DNA of 64,000 bases from Mycobacterium sp. (GTDB lineage Bacteria; Actinomycetota; Actinomycetes; Mycobacteriales; Mycobacteriaceae). The notes under the pieces are model-generated. The model was not told the origin of the DNA, did not search any database, and was given only the letters and a program-made list of their open reading frames with translations. This document shows positions 27,675 to 36,781 of the stretch, piece after piece. Numbering within the stretch: the first letter of the stretch is position 1; each line of letters opens with the position of its first letter. The stretch lies in assembly GCA_044223235.1 (NCBI GenBank), contig JBGAME010000003.1; one strand, 5' to 3'. A program made the position numbers and the translations under genes.

Positions 27675-28865
27675 CTAACTCACCTGGAAGTTGCCGAACA
27701 GCACCAGGGCCAGGCCCAGCGCCACGACGATGTTGACGAAGGTGGCCGAGGCGAACACGGCGACCGGCCGCCAGCCCGCCTCCCGCAGCCCCTTCAGCGA
27801 GAACTCCAGGCCGATCGCGACGAACGCGAAGATCAGGAACCAGGTGCGCAGGTCGTTGACGGTGCCGATGACCGCCTTGCCGTTCTCGGCCCACTGCAGG
27901 TAGAGGGTTCCGATCACCGAAGCCACGGTGAAGCCCAGCACGAACTTCGGGAAGCGTTCCCAGAACTGCCCGATGGTGGGTCGGGCCTCGTTCGCGTCGC
28001 GTCGCTCGACTTTCAGGGCGAAGTAGGCGGTCAGCGCGATCGCGACGACGCCGATGAGGGCGTTCTGGGTGGTCTTGACGATGGTGGCGATCTGCAGGGC
28101 ATCCTCGCCGGCGATGGCGCCCGACGCGGCCACCGCGGCTGTGGTGTCGATGTTGCCGCCTATCCATGCCCCGGCGACCGCATCCGGCAGCCCGAACCAG
28201 TGCGCCAGCCACGGCAGCAGAAAGATCGAGGGCAGTGCGAACGCGATGACCAGCGACGCGGCGTAGGCGAGCTGTTCACGCTTGGCCTGCACCGCTCCTG
28301 CGGCGGCGATCGCGGCGCTGACCCCGCAGATCGACACCGCCGAGGCCAGCAGGGCGCGCAGTTTGTCGTCCAGTCCGAGCCTGCCCCCCAACCACCAGGT
28401 GAAGCCGAAGACGATCGAAATGAGCAGCAGAGCCTGAATGATCGCCGGTCCGGCGGCGCTGATCAACAGCTTGAGGTTGATCGACGCCCCGAGCAGCACC
28501 AGGCCGGTCTTGATGAAGAACTCGGTACGAAACCCGCGTGACAGCGCGTCGCGCAGCGCGAGCTTGCTGAGGATGAGGTTGCCGATCAATCCCAAAGCGA
28601 TTGCATAAACGGGGAACTCGACCGACTTGGCGATCTTGGCAAATGGCGTGCCGGCGGCCCAGGTGGGGACTTGCGCCTCCAGGAAGCGGGTGGCGGCGCC
28701 CAAGGCCACAACCACGACGACACCGGCAACGGCGTAACCCAGTGCCGAGGTACCCGTTCGCGACCGCTCTTCGGTGGTCTGCGTGGTCACGGAATCACGC
28801 TGCCCGGGATCGCGCCGACAAGCACCAGGACCAACAGGCTCAGGCCGACGATGACAGCGAGCCAA
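27675..28865 (-). CDS. YeiH/UPF0324-family integral membrane protein (putative sulfate exporter family)
   Basis: About 10-11 TM segments and family-like length. The start is uncertain (alternative GTG near 28790). Confidence 0.6.
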   Translation of the reverse strand: MARCHRRPEPVGPGACRRDPGQRDSVTTQTTEERSRTGTSALGYAVAGVVVVVALGAATRFLEAQVPTWAAGTPFAKIAKSVEFPVYAIALGLIGNLILSKLALRDALSRGFRTEFFIKTGLVLLGASINLKLLISAAGPAIIQALLLISIVFGFTWWLGGRLGLDDKLRALLASAVSICGVSAAIAAAGAVQAKREQLAYAASLVIAFALPSIFLLPWLAHWFGLPDAVAGAWIGGNIDTTAAVAASGAIAGEDALQIATIVKTTQNALIGVVAIALTAYFALKVERRDANEARPTIGQFWERFPKFVLGFTVASVIGTLYLQWAENGKAVIGTVNDLRTWFLIFAFVAIGLEFSLKGLREAGWRPVAVFASATFVNIVVALGLALVLFGNFQVS

Positions 28866-28993
28866 TCCTCACTCATGACCCCGCAGGCTAGTCAGCGACG
28901 CGGTGGGTGGCACGAGTTGTGCTCAGCGCGAATCGAATCGTCCGACCGGAATCGGTTCCTACGTGGTCGACTGGAGTCGCCGTTGTCCGGCCC

Positions 28994-29018
28994 GTTTGAT
29001 CGTCGCCATTGCCGGGTA
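28994..29018 (+). promoter_or_regulatory. SigF-type promoter candidate GTTT-N16-GGGTA
   Basis: cGTTTgatcgtcgccattgccGGGTAg lies about 75 bp upstream of the GTG at 29092. It fits the mycobacterial SigF consensus GTTT-N15-17-GGGTA. Confidence 0.4.
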
Positions 29019-29091
29019 GCAGAGGGCTACGGGAGAACGCACCGGGGAAACGCACCGTCGGTGCCCAGGACGCCCAGCGGAAGGAGCACCC

Positions 29092-29403
29092 GTGGGAGAC
29101 ACATCGCAGGATCCGGTCGACCATGCCCGGACGACACGGCAGCACGCAGGCGAGTCGATGAAGAACGGGACGAACGCGCCCGGCTTGATCGCGGTGGCGG
29201 TTGGCATCGTCGCACTGGTGGTGTGCCTGTTCGCCTTCGCCACCGGCTCCGCGGCCACCGCCTGGGTGGCGGGCATCGTGTCGGCGGCCGCGATCATCGG
29301 CGGTCTGGCGTGGCTGGCCATCGCGCACCGGCGGGTCCGCATAGCCGAACGACGCTGGCACGCGGAGAATCCGCACGCATGGGCGGAGCCTCCGACCAGT
29401 TGA
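29092..29403 (+). CDS. Small two-TM membrane protein, hypothetical
   Basis: GGAAGGAG RBS lies 6 nt before the GTG. Two hydrophobic helices: GLIAVAVGIVALVVCLFAFA and VAGIVSAAAIIGGLAWLAIA. Confidence 0.65.
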   Translation: MGDTSQDPVDHARTTRQHAGESMKNGTNAPGLIAVAVGIVALVVCLFAFATGSAATAWVAGIVSAAAIIGGLAWLAIAHRRVRIAERRWHAENPHAWAEPPTS

Positions 29404-29415
29404 TCACCCGCCGCG

Positions 29416-29440
29416 GTTTCGCGGTGCACAGGGGCGGGAA
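29416..29440 (+). promoter_or_regulatory. Second SigF-like promoter candidate GTTT-N16-GGGAA
   Basis: gGTTTcgcggtgcacaggggcGGGAAc lies about 55 bp upstream of the ATG at 29494. The -10 element differs from consensus at one position. Confidence 0.3.
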
Positions 29441-29493
29441 CTCGCGCGCAGCGGGCAGTCGCGCACGGATGGAACGTAGACGGAGGTGACTGG

Positions 29494-29751
29494 ATGCCGA
29501 ATGCATCGATCAAGGACGAGAAACTTTACGAAGAACTCCGCCAGGAGGGCAACTCCAAGGAGAAGGCCGCCAGGATCGCCAACGCCGCGGCCGCCCGCGG
29601 CAGATCGGCGGTCGGCCGCAAGGGCGGGAAGTCAGGTTCGTATGACGAGTGGACCGTCACTGAACTGAAGGCCCGGGCAAAGGAACTCGGCATGACGGGC
29701 TACTCGCGAATGCAGAAGGACCGGCTGATCGAGCTGCTGCGTAACCACTGA
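29494..29751 (+). CDS. Rho termination factor N-terminal (SAP-like) domain-containing small basic protein
   Basis: C-terminal TVTELKARAKELGMTGYSRMQKDRLIELL is the Rho_N/SAP helix-extended-helix motif. An upstream GGAGG RBS is present. Confidence 0.75.
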   Translation: MPNASIKDEKLYEELRQEGNSKEKAARIANAAAARGRSAVGRKGGKSGSYDEWTVTELKARAKELGMTGYSRMQKDRLIELLRNH

Positions 29752-29813
29752 GGGCGGATCGGACGTTTGGCACGATAAGGGGAAACGGGCGTGGATCGAG
29801 GGGAGTCGGACCT

Positions 29814-30080
29814 GTGGGCAGCGAGCGTGTCCCCGGCGGTGTCGTGCACGACCTTCCCGCCGACCTGCGCACGGCGCTGACCGCCGACGCCACGGTACTG
29901 GCCGCATGGAAGGACATCACCCCGCTGGCGCGCAACGAGTTCATCTGCTGGGTCGAGGACGCCAAGCAGGATACGACTCGACAGCGGCGCATCCGCCGGA
30001 CCCAGGAGGAACTCTCTGACGGCATGCGCCGGCCGTGCTGCTGGCCGGGGTGTAAACACCGCGAGCGCACAGGTCGTTAG
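29814..30080 (+). CDS. YdeI/OmpD-associated family protein
   Basis: ...LPADLRTALTADATVLAAWKDITPLARNEFICWVEDAKQDTTRQRRIRRTQEEL matches the family signature as I recall it. Confidence 0.65.
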   Translation: MGSERVPGGVVHDLPADLRTALTADATVLAAWKDITPLARNEFICWVEDAKQDTTRQRRIRRTQEELSDGMRRPCCWPGCKHRERTGR

Positions 30081-30085
30081 CCGGT

Positions 30086-31114
30086 TCAGGCGCTGTCGGC
30101 GAGACGGGTCAGGATCGCGGCAGTGGATTCCTGCCGAGCGTGCCGGTAGCCGGTACCGGCCCAGAGGTGAACGAGGTCGGCTTCGCCTGCTGCCGCGGCG
30201 GCCTTGCGCAGCGGGCTGGTGAGGTGATGAATCGCCGGATAACCCAGAGGCGCTGTCGCTTCGTACTTCTCGATGAACGAGTTGCGTAGCCCGCGCGCGG
30301 GTCGGCCGGTGAAGGCGCGGGTGAGGACGGTGTGTGTCCGCGCCGGATCGGTCAGCGCGGCCCGATGGGTGGCGGAAGCGCCGCTTTCGTCGGCCAGGAG
30401 CAGCACGGTGCCGACGGCGGCCGCGACCGCACCGGCCCGAAGTGCATCGGCCACACCCTCCGCAGTTGCCAGGCCGCCTGCCGCGACGACCGGAGCCGGC
30501 ACCGCGGCCTTCACCAGCCGGATCAGGTCGATGATGGGCACGGGATCGAGAGGGCGATCGGGGGTGAACGTGCCCGAATGTCCTCCCGCGTCTGCGGCCT
30601 GCACGACGACCATGTCGACGCCCGCGGCCACGGCCAGTTGGGCTTCTCCCGGCGAGGTCACCGTCTGCACGACGGTGGTGCCCGCTCGCTGCAGCGCTCG
30701 GATCACGGTGTCGGCGGGCAGGCCGAAGGTGAAGCTGACGACCGGAACCGGATCGGAGAGCAGGAGGTCCATCTTGGCCCCGAAGGCGTCGTCGTCGTCG
30801 ACGGGATCGTCGGGCAGGGTGATCCCGAACCGGTCGGCCTCGCGCTGCATCTGCACCGCGTACCGGTGGTAGGACTCGACGTCGATGGGTACCGGATTCG
30901 GTGCGAAAAGGTTGACGCCGAACGGTACCGAGGCGTCGCGCACCGCGGCGATCTCCGCCTGGACGCTGTCGGGAGACTTGTAACCGGCGGCGAGAAATCC
31001 CAGGCTGCCTGCGCGTGACGCGGCGATCACCGTCGCGGGGGTGGTCGGTCCGCCCGCCATCGGGGCGGCGAGCACCGGGATGCTCAGGCCTAGGTTGGTC
31101 AGTGGTGATGTCAT
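30086..31114 (-). CDS. Nitronate monooxygenase (2-nitropropane dioxygenase-like, FMN-dependent)
   Basis: LGLSIPVLAAPMAGGPTTP..., ...VVQAADAGGHSGTF and ...PVVAAGGLATAEG motifs. Start chosen at MTSPLTN. Confidence 0.85.
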   Translation of the reverse strand: MTSPLTNLGLSIPVLAAPMAGGPTTPATVIAASRAGSLGFLAAGYKSPDSVQAEIAAVRDASVPFGVNLFAPNPVPIDVESYHRYAVQMQREADRFGITLPDDPVDDDDAFGAKMDLLLSDPVPVVSFTFGLPADTVIRALQRAGTTVVQTVTSPGEAQLAVAAGVDMVVVQAADAGGHSGTFTPDRPLDPVPIIDLIRLVKAAVPAPVVAAGGLATAEGVADALRAGAVAAAVGTVLLLADESGASATHRAALTDPARTHTVLTRAFTGRPARGLRNSFIEKYEATAPLGYPAIHHLTSPLRKAAAAAGEADLVHLWAGTGYRHARQESTAAILTRLADSA

Positions 31115-31187
31115 CGATGTCGTCCTATCACGGCGGTTGGCCTTCGATGTAACGATGGTGTCCCTGGTGGCGCCCGCTGGCGGGAAC

Positions 31188-32111
31188 TCAGGGTGCCGCC
31201 GCGCGGTGCGGATCATCTCGAGGCAGCCACACCTCCGGCCCGGTGAGGCCCGATCGGTCGACGCCGGCCGTGAAGGCGTCGATGACCGCGTGTACCAACG
31301 GGTTCGGCTCGCTTTGCCGCCAGACCAGCGACCACGTCCACATCGGAATGGGTTGCTGCACCGGACGCCGTGCCAGGTCGGGTGGCGTTGTGTCGTGCTG
31401 CCCCTTGGGGTTGTTCAGTACCGGACGCCGGAGTCTGCGGACGTGGTCGAAGAAGGTCGCACCTGTCACCCCTCCGTCCTCGACGCGTACGACCTGAGCG
31501 CCCGACGCCCCGGCGAACTGCGCGGCGTACCTGTTCCACGACGACCAGCTCGCCTCGTCGGAGTCCAACAGCACCGTCAGGTTGCGCGCGTCCACGGGCG
31601 AGGAATCCCGTCCGACACTCAACGCGAAGAGCCGGTCGGCGCCGACCAGCCGTGCCTCAAGTGACATCGCCTGCAGATCGGCCCGCTCGACCCAACAGAT
31701 CGCGAGGTCCAGGTTGCCGTCCGCGACGCGGGCCGCCTGCGTGTGCGAGGGCATCACCCAGGTGTCCACCCGCAGCTGCGCCACTCCCGCGGCCCGCTCA
31801 GCCCAATCCGTCGGGCACCACTGCACATAGCCGATCCGGACGGGCTCGGACGACGCCAGACCGACGGCGTGGCGGCGAAACTCGTCGGCCTGCCCGATGA
31901 GGGCCCGCGCCCGAGGGAGTAGCGCCGAGCCGGCATCCGTCAGTGCCACCGAACGCCGATTGCGGTCGAACAGCTGCACCTTGAGGTCGCGTTCGAGCGC
32001 CTTGATCTGCTGGGAGAGCGAGGGGCCCGCGATGCGCAGCCGTTCGGCGGCCCTGCCGAAGTTCAACTCGTCGGCCACCGTCACGAAGTAGCGCAGCTGC
32101 CGCAGCTCCAC
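31188..32111 (-). CDS. LysR-family transcriptional regulator
   Basis: VELRQLRYFVTVADELNFGRAAERLRIAGPSLSQQIKALE is the HTH. The gene is divergent from the SDR at 32239, with a 127-bp intergenic region. Confidence 0.9.
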   Translation of the reverse strand: MELRQLRYFVTVADELNFGRAAERLRIAGPSLSQQIKALERDLKVQLFDRNRRSVALTDAGSALLPRARALIGQADEFRRHAVGLASSEPVRIGYVQWCPTDWAERAAGVAQLRVDTWVMPSHTQAARVADGNLDLAICWVERADLQAMSLEARLVGADRLFALSVGRDSSPVDARNLTVLLDSDEASWSSWNRYAAQFAGASGAQVVRVEDGGVTGATFFDHVRRLRRPVLNNPKGQHDTTPPDLARRPVQQPIPMWTWSLVWRQSEPNPLVHAVIDAFTAGVDRSGLTGPEVWLPRDDPHRAAAP

Positions 32112-32238
32112 ACGGGCCAGCGTAATGCAGTGAGAGTCTGCGCCTACCAGTTGCGAGCGAACCGGTCTTGCGGGCCGGGACTGCCCATCGCCCGACCGGG
32201 TGTTCCGAAGATCAACACCACGAGAAGGGAACACGAAC

Positions 32239-32952
32239 GTGACATCAACCCCCCGCGTCGCACTCATCACCGGCGCATCGCAAGGAATCGGGGCGGGCCT
32301 GGTGGCGGGGTACCGCAAGCTCGGCTACGCCGTCGTCGCGAATGCCCGCACCATCGGAGACAGTGGCGACCCGATGGTGCTGGCAATCCCGGGTGACATC
32401 GGGAAACCCGGAGTCGGCCGACGCATCGTCGACACGGCGGTCGAACGCTTCGGACGCGTTGACACCGTGGTCAACAACGCAGGCATCTTCATCGCCAAGC
32501 CCTTCGCCGACTACACCGACGACGACTACGACGCCATCACCGGCGTGAATCTCCGTGGCTTCTTTGAGATCTCCCGCGCTGCGGTCGCCCGGATGGTCGA
32601 GCATGGCGACGGTGGCCACCTGGTGACGATTTCGACGTCGCTGGTCGACCACGCCAATTCGTCGGTGCCGTCGGCGCTCGCCTCTTTGACCAAGGGCGGG
32701 CTCAACGCCGCCACACGCGCACTGGCTGTCGAATACGCCTCGCGCGGAATCCGTTCCAATGCAGTCGCACTCGGCATCATCAAGACGCCCATGCACCAGC
32801 CGTCGGACTACGACACCCTGGCGGCGCTACACCCGGTGGGCCGCGTGGGCGAGGTTGCCGACGTCGTCGACGCGGTGCTCTACCTGGAGAACGCGCCGTT
32901 CGTCACCGGCGAGATCCTGCACGTCGACGGCGGCCAGAGCGCGGGCCACTGA
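32239..32952 (+). CDS. Short-chain dehydrogenase/reductase (SDR)
   Basis: ALITGASQGIGAG (TGxxxGxG), NNAG, and YxxxK replaced by the S..K context LTKGGLNA. A GAAGGGA RBS lies before the GTG. Confidence 0.85.
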   Translation: MTSTPRVALITGASQGIGAGLVAGYRKLGYAVVANARTIGDSGDPMVLAIPGDIGKPGVGRRIVDTAVERFGRVDTVVNNAGIFIAKPFADYTDDDYDAITGVNLRGFFEISRAAVARMVEHGDGGHLVTISTSLVDHANSSVPSALASLTKGGLNAATRALAVEYASRGIRSNAVALGIIKTPMHQPSDYDTLAALHPVGRVGEVADVVDAVLYLENAPFVTGEILHVDGGQSAGH

Positions 32953-32953
32953 C

Positions 32954-33331
32954 ATGAGCGCCCTACAGATCATCGCCTCCGTCATGGACGAGTGGAAAGC
33001 CGGGATCGACAGCCACGATTCCGGCCGGGTGGCCGCAGCATTCGCCGACGACACAGTCTTCCAGGGTCTGCGCCCCTACGGGGTGGGCAGGCAAGCCGTC
33101 GCCGACTACTACGAATCGCAACCCACCGGCATGACGGTCAACTACCGAGTCCTCGAAAGCCGCAGTCCGGCAAACAATGTCGTGCTCGGCTATCTCGCTG
33201 CGACGTTCAGCTTCCCAGACCGCCCGCCGGTCGAACTGGCCATCGGTGTGGTACTCACCCGCCTGGGTGGCCGGTGGCAGGTGGCGCAATATCAGGCGTC
33301 CCCGCGCGACCTGGTGGTGGCGGTCCAATGA
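32954..33331 (+). CDS. SnoaL/NTF2-like (DUF4440-type) small protein
   Basis: 125 aa, MSALQIIASVMDEWKAGIDSHDSGRVAAAFADDTVFQG... is the typical NTF2-like N-terminus. It starts 1 nt after the SDR stop. Confidence 0.6.
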   Translation: MSALQIIASVMDEWKAGIDSHDSGRVAAAFADDTVFQGLRPYGVGRQAVADYYESQPTGMTVNYRVLESRSPANNVVLGYLAATFSFPDRPPVELAIGVVLTRLGGRWQVAQYQASPRDLVVAVQ

Positions 33332-33408
33332 CGTCGCGAGAGTATCCGGCGGTGCGGCACGGCTCGAACAGACAGGAAACCTCGACCAAAAGGGAACAGG
33401 GAGTCGTC

Positions 33409-33852
33409 ATGGATTTCAAGCTCGAAGTTGTAGTGCTGCCGGTATCAGACGTGGACGCAGCCAAACTGTTCTACCTCGGACTCGGCTGGCGACTGGATGC
33501 AGATTTCGCCGTCGACGACGACTACCGGGTAGTGCAGCTCACACCGCCTGGCTCGCCGGCGTCGATCATCCTCGGCTCCGGTGTCACCACCGCCGTTGCG
33601 GGCTCCACGCAAGGTCTCTATCTGGTGGTCGCCGACGTCGACGCCGCACGGGCGGAACTGATCGCCCGCGGCATCGACGTCAGCGAGGTGTTCCATGATG
33701 CCACGGGGATCTTCAACCACGCGGGGACGGAGGCGCGAGTGGCCGGCCCCGATCCGCGGCGTCGCAGCTACGGATCGTTCGTCTCCTTCGCCGACCCCGA
33801 CGGCAATCGTTGGGTTCTGCAGGAGATCACCGAGCGCGCGCCGGGTCGCTGA
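33409..33852 (+). CDS. VOC/glyoxalase-family protein
   Basis: MDFKLEVVVLPVSDVDAAKLFYLGLGWRLD... and the C-terminal ...SFADPDGNRWVLQE are VOC hallmarks. Confidence 0.8.
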   Translation: MDFKLEVVVLPVSDVDAAKLFYLGLGWRLDADFAVDDDYRVVQLTPPGSPASIILGSGVTTAVAGSTQGLYLVVADVDAARAELIARGIDVSEVFHDATGIFNHAGTEARVAGPDPRRRSYGSFVSFADPDGNRWVLQEITERAPGR

Positions 33853-33895
33853 CCCTACTCACACTTCATCCAGCTATCACAGGAGACATCGGATC

Positions 33896-34573
33896 ATGAA
33901 CACTGAACACGTCACCGCATTGGTCACCGGAGCCAACCGCGGACTCGGGCGCCAATTCGCTGTCGCACTCGTCGCACGCGGCGCCAAAGTCTACGCAGCG
34001 GCACGCCGACCGGAAGCGGTCGACATTGCCGGCGCCATACCGGTGCAACTCGACATCACCGACTCGCAGTCGATCCAGCGTGCCGCGCTGCACGCATCCG
34101 ATGTGAACGTACTGATCAACAACGCTGGAATATCAACCCGTGCAACTCTTCTCGATGGATCACTGGACGACATCCGCGCCGAGATGGAGACACATTACTT
34201 CGGTACCCTGCAGGTGCTTCGGGTGTTTGCTCCGGTGCTCGAGCGCAACGGCGGCGGAGCGGTCCTCAACGTTCTGTCCGTGCTGTCCTGGCTGCACCCG
34301 GCCACCAGCGGGGCTTACTCCTCGGCCAAGGCCGCCGCATGGGCGATGACCGACGCCGTACGAGACGAACTGGCGCCCAGGGGAATCAGCGTTACTGCAT
34401 TGCACGTCGGCTACATGGACACCGACATGGTCAGCTACATTCCCGCCGACCAGAAGACCGACCCGGCCGTGGTTGCCGCGGCGGCACTCGGTGGGCTGTT
34501 CAACGGCCGACGTGAGGTGCTGGCCGACGGTTGGTCGCGCGATGCCAAGGCGAAGCTGTCGACGACCCTGTAG
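33896..34573 (+). CDS. Short-chain dehydrogenase/reductase (SDR)
   Basis: ALVTGANRGLG, NNAG and YSSAKAA (YxxxK). An AGGAGA RBS is present. Confidence 0.85.
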   Translation: MNTEHVTALVTGANRGLGRQFAVALVARGAKVYAAARRPEAVDIAGAIPVQLDITDSQSIQRAALHASDVNVLINNAGISTRATLLDGSLDDIRAEMETHYFGTLQVLRVFAPVLERNGGGAVLNVLSVLSWLHPATSGAYSSAKAAAWAMTDAVRDELAPRGISVTALHVGYMDTDMVSYIPADQKTDPAVVAAAALGGLFNGRREVLADGWSRDAKAKLSTTL

Positions 34574-34605
34574 GGAGGGTGAATAGCGTTGGGCGGTAGG
34601 AGGAG

Positions 34606-35037
34606 TCAGTCGACTGCGATGATCTCGAGCTGAATGTTGTCGGGATCGCGGAACACCACGGTCGAGTACCGGATCGGTTCGGTCTCGTCGACGATGCCGG
34701 TGTTGGGGACGCCCAGTTCGTCCAGCCACGCCGCCCAGGCCTGCAGGGTGTCTCGACCGGCCACGCCGAACGACACATGGTCCAGACCCGTGTGCGCTTC
34801 GTCGAACGGTTCTCCGCGATTGCCTGTGTTGGTGTGCAACGAGAAGATCAATCCGGAGCGCGGCTCCGGTAACAGCACGCTGTAGCCCGTCTCCTCCTTC
34901 TCGTGGTGCGGAACCTTGATGTCCGGGCGCTCGGTTTGAAACACCCGCTGATACCACGCCAGGCTCACCTCGAGGTCGGTCACCGTCAGTGAGACATGGT
35001 GAACCCCGATGATCGCCGGGCCAGTCGTCTCGCTCAC
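34606..35037 (-). CDS. VOC/glyoxalase-family protein
   Basis: IIGVHHVSLTVTDLEVSLAWYQRVF...LDHVSFGV...FRDPDNIQLEI. Confidence 0.8.
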   Translation of the reverse strand: MSETTGPAIIGVHHVSLTVTDLEVSLAWYQRVFQTERPDIKVPHHEKEETGYSVLLPEPRSGLIFSLHTNTGNRGEPFDEAHTGLDHVSFGVAGRDTLQAWAAWLDELGVPNTGIVDETEPIRYSTVVFRDPDNIQLEIIAVD

Positions 35038-35171
35038 CGATACCTCCTCCTGGCCAGGGTCCGTCAGATGCTACTCGCCACCCTTGCTGCCACACGCCGA
35101 GCGTCTTAAGGCGTTCTGCACCTTGGTGATTGCGCCAGGTGAGTGCGCCTGGGTGATCACACCCCGCAACC

Positions 35172-35199
35172 GGGGGCGGCAATGTCGGCGGCCGCCCCC
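35172..35199 (-). terminator. GC-rich hairpin downstream of the hydrolase gene
   Basis: 9-bp stem GGGGGCGGC / GCCGCCCCC with a 10-nt loop. There is no U-tract, which is common in mycobacteria. Confidence 0.35.
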
Positions 35200-35277
35200 A
35201 CCCTCTCGCATCCGGTGACGCCGCATGCGCCACCGGATGCGCCACGAAGGCCAACGGTGCACCCTGGGTGGTGTTGG

Positions 35278-36144
35278 CTACGTCGAGGCGCTGGTGAGTG
35301 ACCGCTTCCGCAGGATCTCCAGGGCCTGCAGCAGGTACGTGCGGAATACCGCGTGGTTCTCACTCATCGGGAAATGACCGATTCCCTTCATCTCGATGAA
35401 CTCGCCGTTGCGGATCTGGGACGCAGTCCGTGCGCTGTCCTCCGGGGTGGTGAGGTAGTCGTAGTCGCCGGTCATCATGACCACCGGGCACCGCTCACCG
35501 TCGATCTCGCCGAGCTTGTCGCGTAGATCGTGGTCGACCGAGTAGAAGTGCAGGTCGCCCTTGAAGGCTTCCGAACCCTGGCTGTAGTAGAACCACGTCT
35601 TCCAGCGGTCGGCTTCGGGAGACTGCGGTGCCATCAGATCCCACACACCGCTGGCGCAGACCTGGGCGGCGTTGGCGTGAGGATGCTGCCACCAGTCGAG
35701 GTAGAAACCGGGGGAGTAGTCGGCGCCCTCGACGGGGATGACGCCGGCGAACCGGTCGGGCCGGCGAAGCGCCAGTTGCAGCGCAATGTTGCCGCCGAAG
35801 GAGGACCCCATGAAGATCGGGTTCTCCAGTTCGAGCGCGTCGCAGAGCGCGACGATGAAGTTCGCGTAGTGATCGGCCGTCAACGCGTACTCCTCCGTCC
35901 ACCACGCGGTGTTCTCGGGCGGGTCGGACTTGCCGTGGCGCGGAAGGTCGTAGGCGATGACCCGGTAATTCTCGGTGATCTCCTCGTCCTCGAGCAGCCC
36001 GCGCCACTGGTGGTTGTGGCATCCCGCGGTGTGCTGACACACCAACGGCTGCCCGGCGCCGTTCTCGAGGTAGAAGACCTTGTAGTGCAGACCGTCGACC
36101 TCGACGTCGACGTAGTGGCCGGTGACCGGAGAGATCTTGCTCAT
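35278..36144 (-). CDS. Alpha/beta-hydrolase fold enzyme
   Basis: ...PLVCQHTAG...FMGSSFGGNIALQLA (GxSxG-like nucleophile elbow)...GHFPMSENH. Start chosen at MSKISPVTG. Confidence 0.8.
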   Translation of the reverse strand: MSKISPVTGHYVDVEVDGLHYKVFYLENGAGQPLVCQHTAGCHNHQWRGLLEDEEITENYRVIAYDLPRHGKSDPPENTAWWTEEYALTADHYANFIVALCDALELENPIFMGSSFGGNIALQLALRRPDRFAGVIPVEGADYSPGFYLDWWQHPHANAAQVCASGVWDLMAPQSPEADRWKTWFYYSQGSEAFKGDLHFYSVDHDLRDKLGEIDGERCPVVMMTGDYDYLTTPEDSARTASQIRNGEFIEMKGIGHFPMSENHAVFRTYLLQALEILRKRSLTSAST

Positions 36145-36187
36145 GAGGGGTGTCCTTCGGTTTCGCAGGGTGTTCGGGCGGGGGTGT

Positions 36188-36595
36188 TCAGACGGGGGAG
36201 CCAACCGAGCGCAGCAGCTCGATCTGACGGGTGATGCAGCGCAGGTTCTGCATGAGTACCAGCAGATCGCCATCGAGTTTCATGTCGCGCTGAAAGCTGG
36301 CGGCCCAGATGCCGTGGTACATCGGGGCGGGCACCGGAACACCGAAGTTCCGCCAGGTCTCGGCGCTTGCACGGATCGCGAACTGGTAGGGCACATCGAG
36401 AGGGCCGGGATCGACCGCGATGTCGGTGACCTGACCGTCGCTCATCTGGATGACGAAGGTGTGATCGGTCATGTCGAGTTGGTACGAGCACGTGAAATAC
36501 TTTCCGTGCGCTTGGATTTCGGGGTCCGAGTTGTTCGCCTGCGCGAACGACTCGGCCCAACTCGCCGCGGTCGAGGCGGGGGTGGTGACGGTCAT
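36188..36595 (-). CDS. SCP2 sterol-carrier-like domain protein
   Basis: 135 aa. The C-terminal ...FQRDMKLDGDLLVLMQNLRCITRQIELL resembles SCP2 family ends. It is co-directional with the hydrolase, 43 bp apart. Confidence 0.5.
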   Translation of the reverse strand: MTVTTPASTAASWAESFAQANNSDPEIQAHGKYFTCSYQLDMTDHTFVIQMSDGQVTDIAVDPGPLDVPYQFAIRASAETWRNFGVPVPAPMYHGIWAASFQRDMKLDGDLLVLMQNLRCITRQIELLRSVGSPV

Positions 36596-36781
36596 CGTGG
36601 TTTCCTTCGAATCGGATGGGTGAGGCGGGTGTTCTCGCCCCGTGCCGGCCGACCTGGTCCAATCGGCGGACATGACGTCCATCACAGCTGCCGCGGCCGC
36701 TGGGCGTCCAATACCTGTCAACCATCGATCGATAGCCAATTCCTAATGGTCAGCGGATGTCGACTCGTTTAGCCTCGAAAG

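Noticed and set aside
27658-28212. N-terminal 185-aa extension of the substrate-binding lipoprotein ORF in the track
   Set aside because: The extension is His/Arg-rich and overlaps the YeiH-family gene in another frame. A Tat/lipobox signal begins at the GTG at 27657, which is the sensible start.
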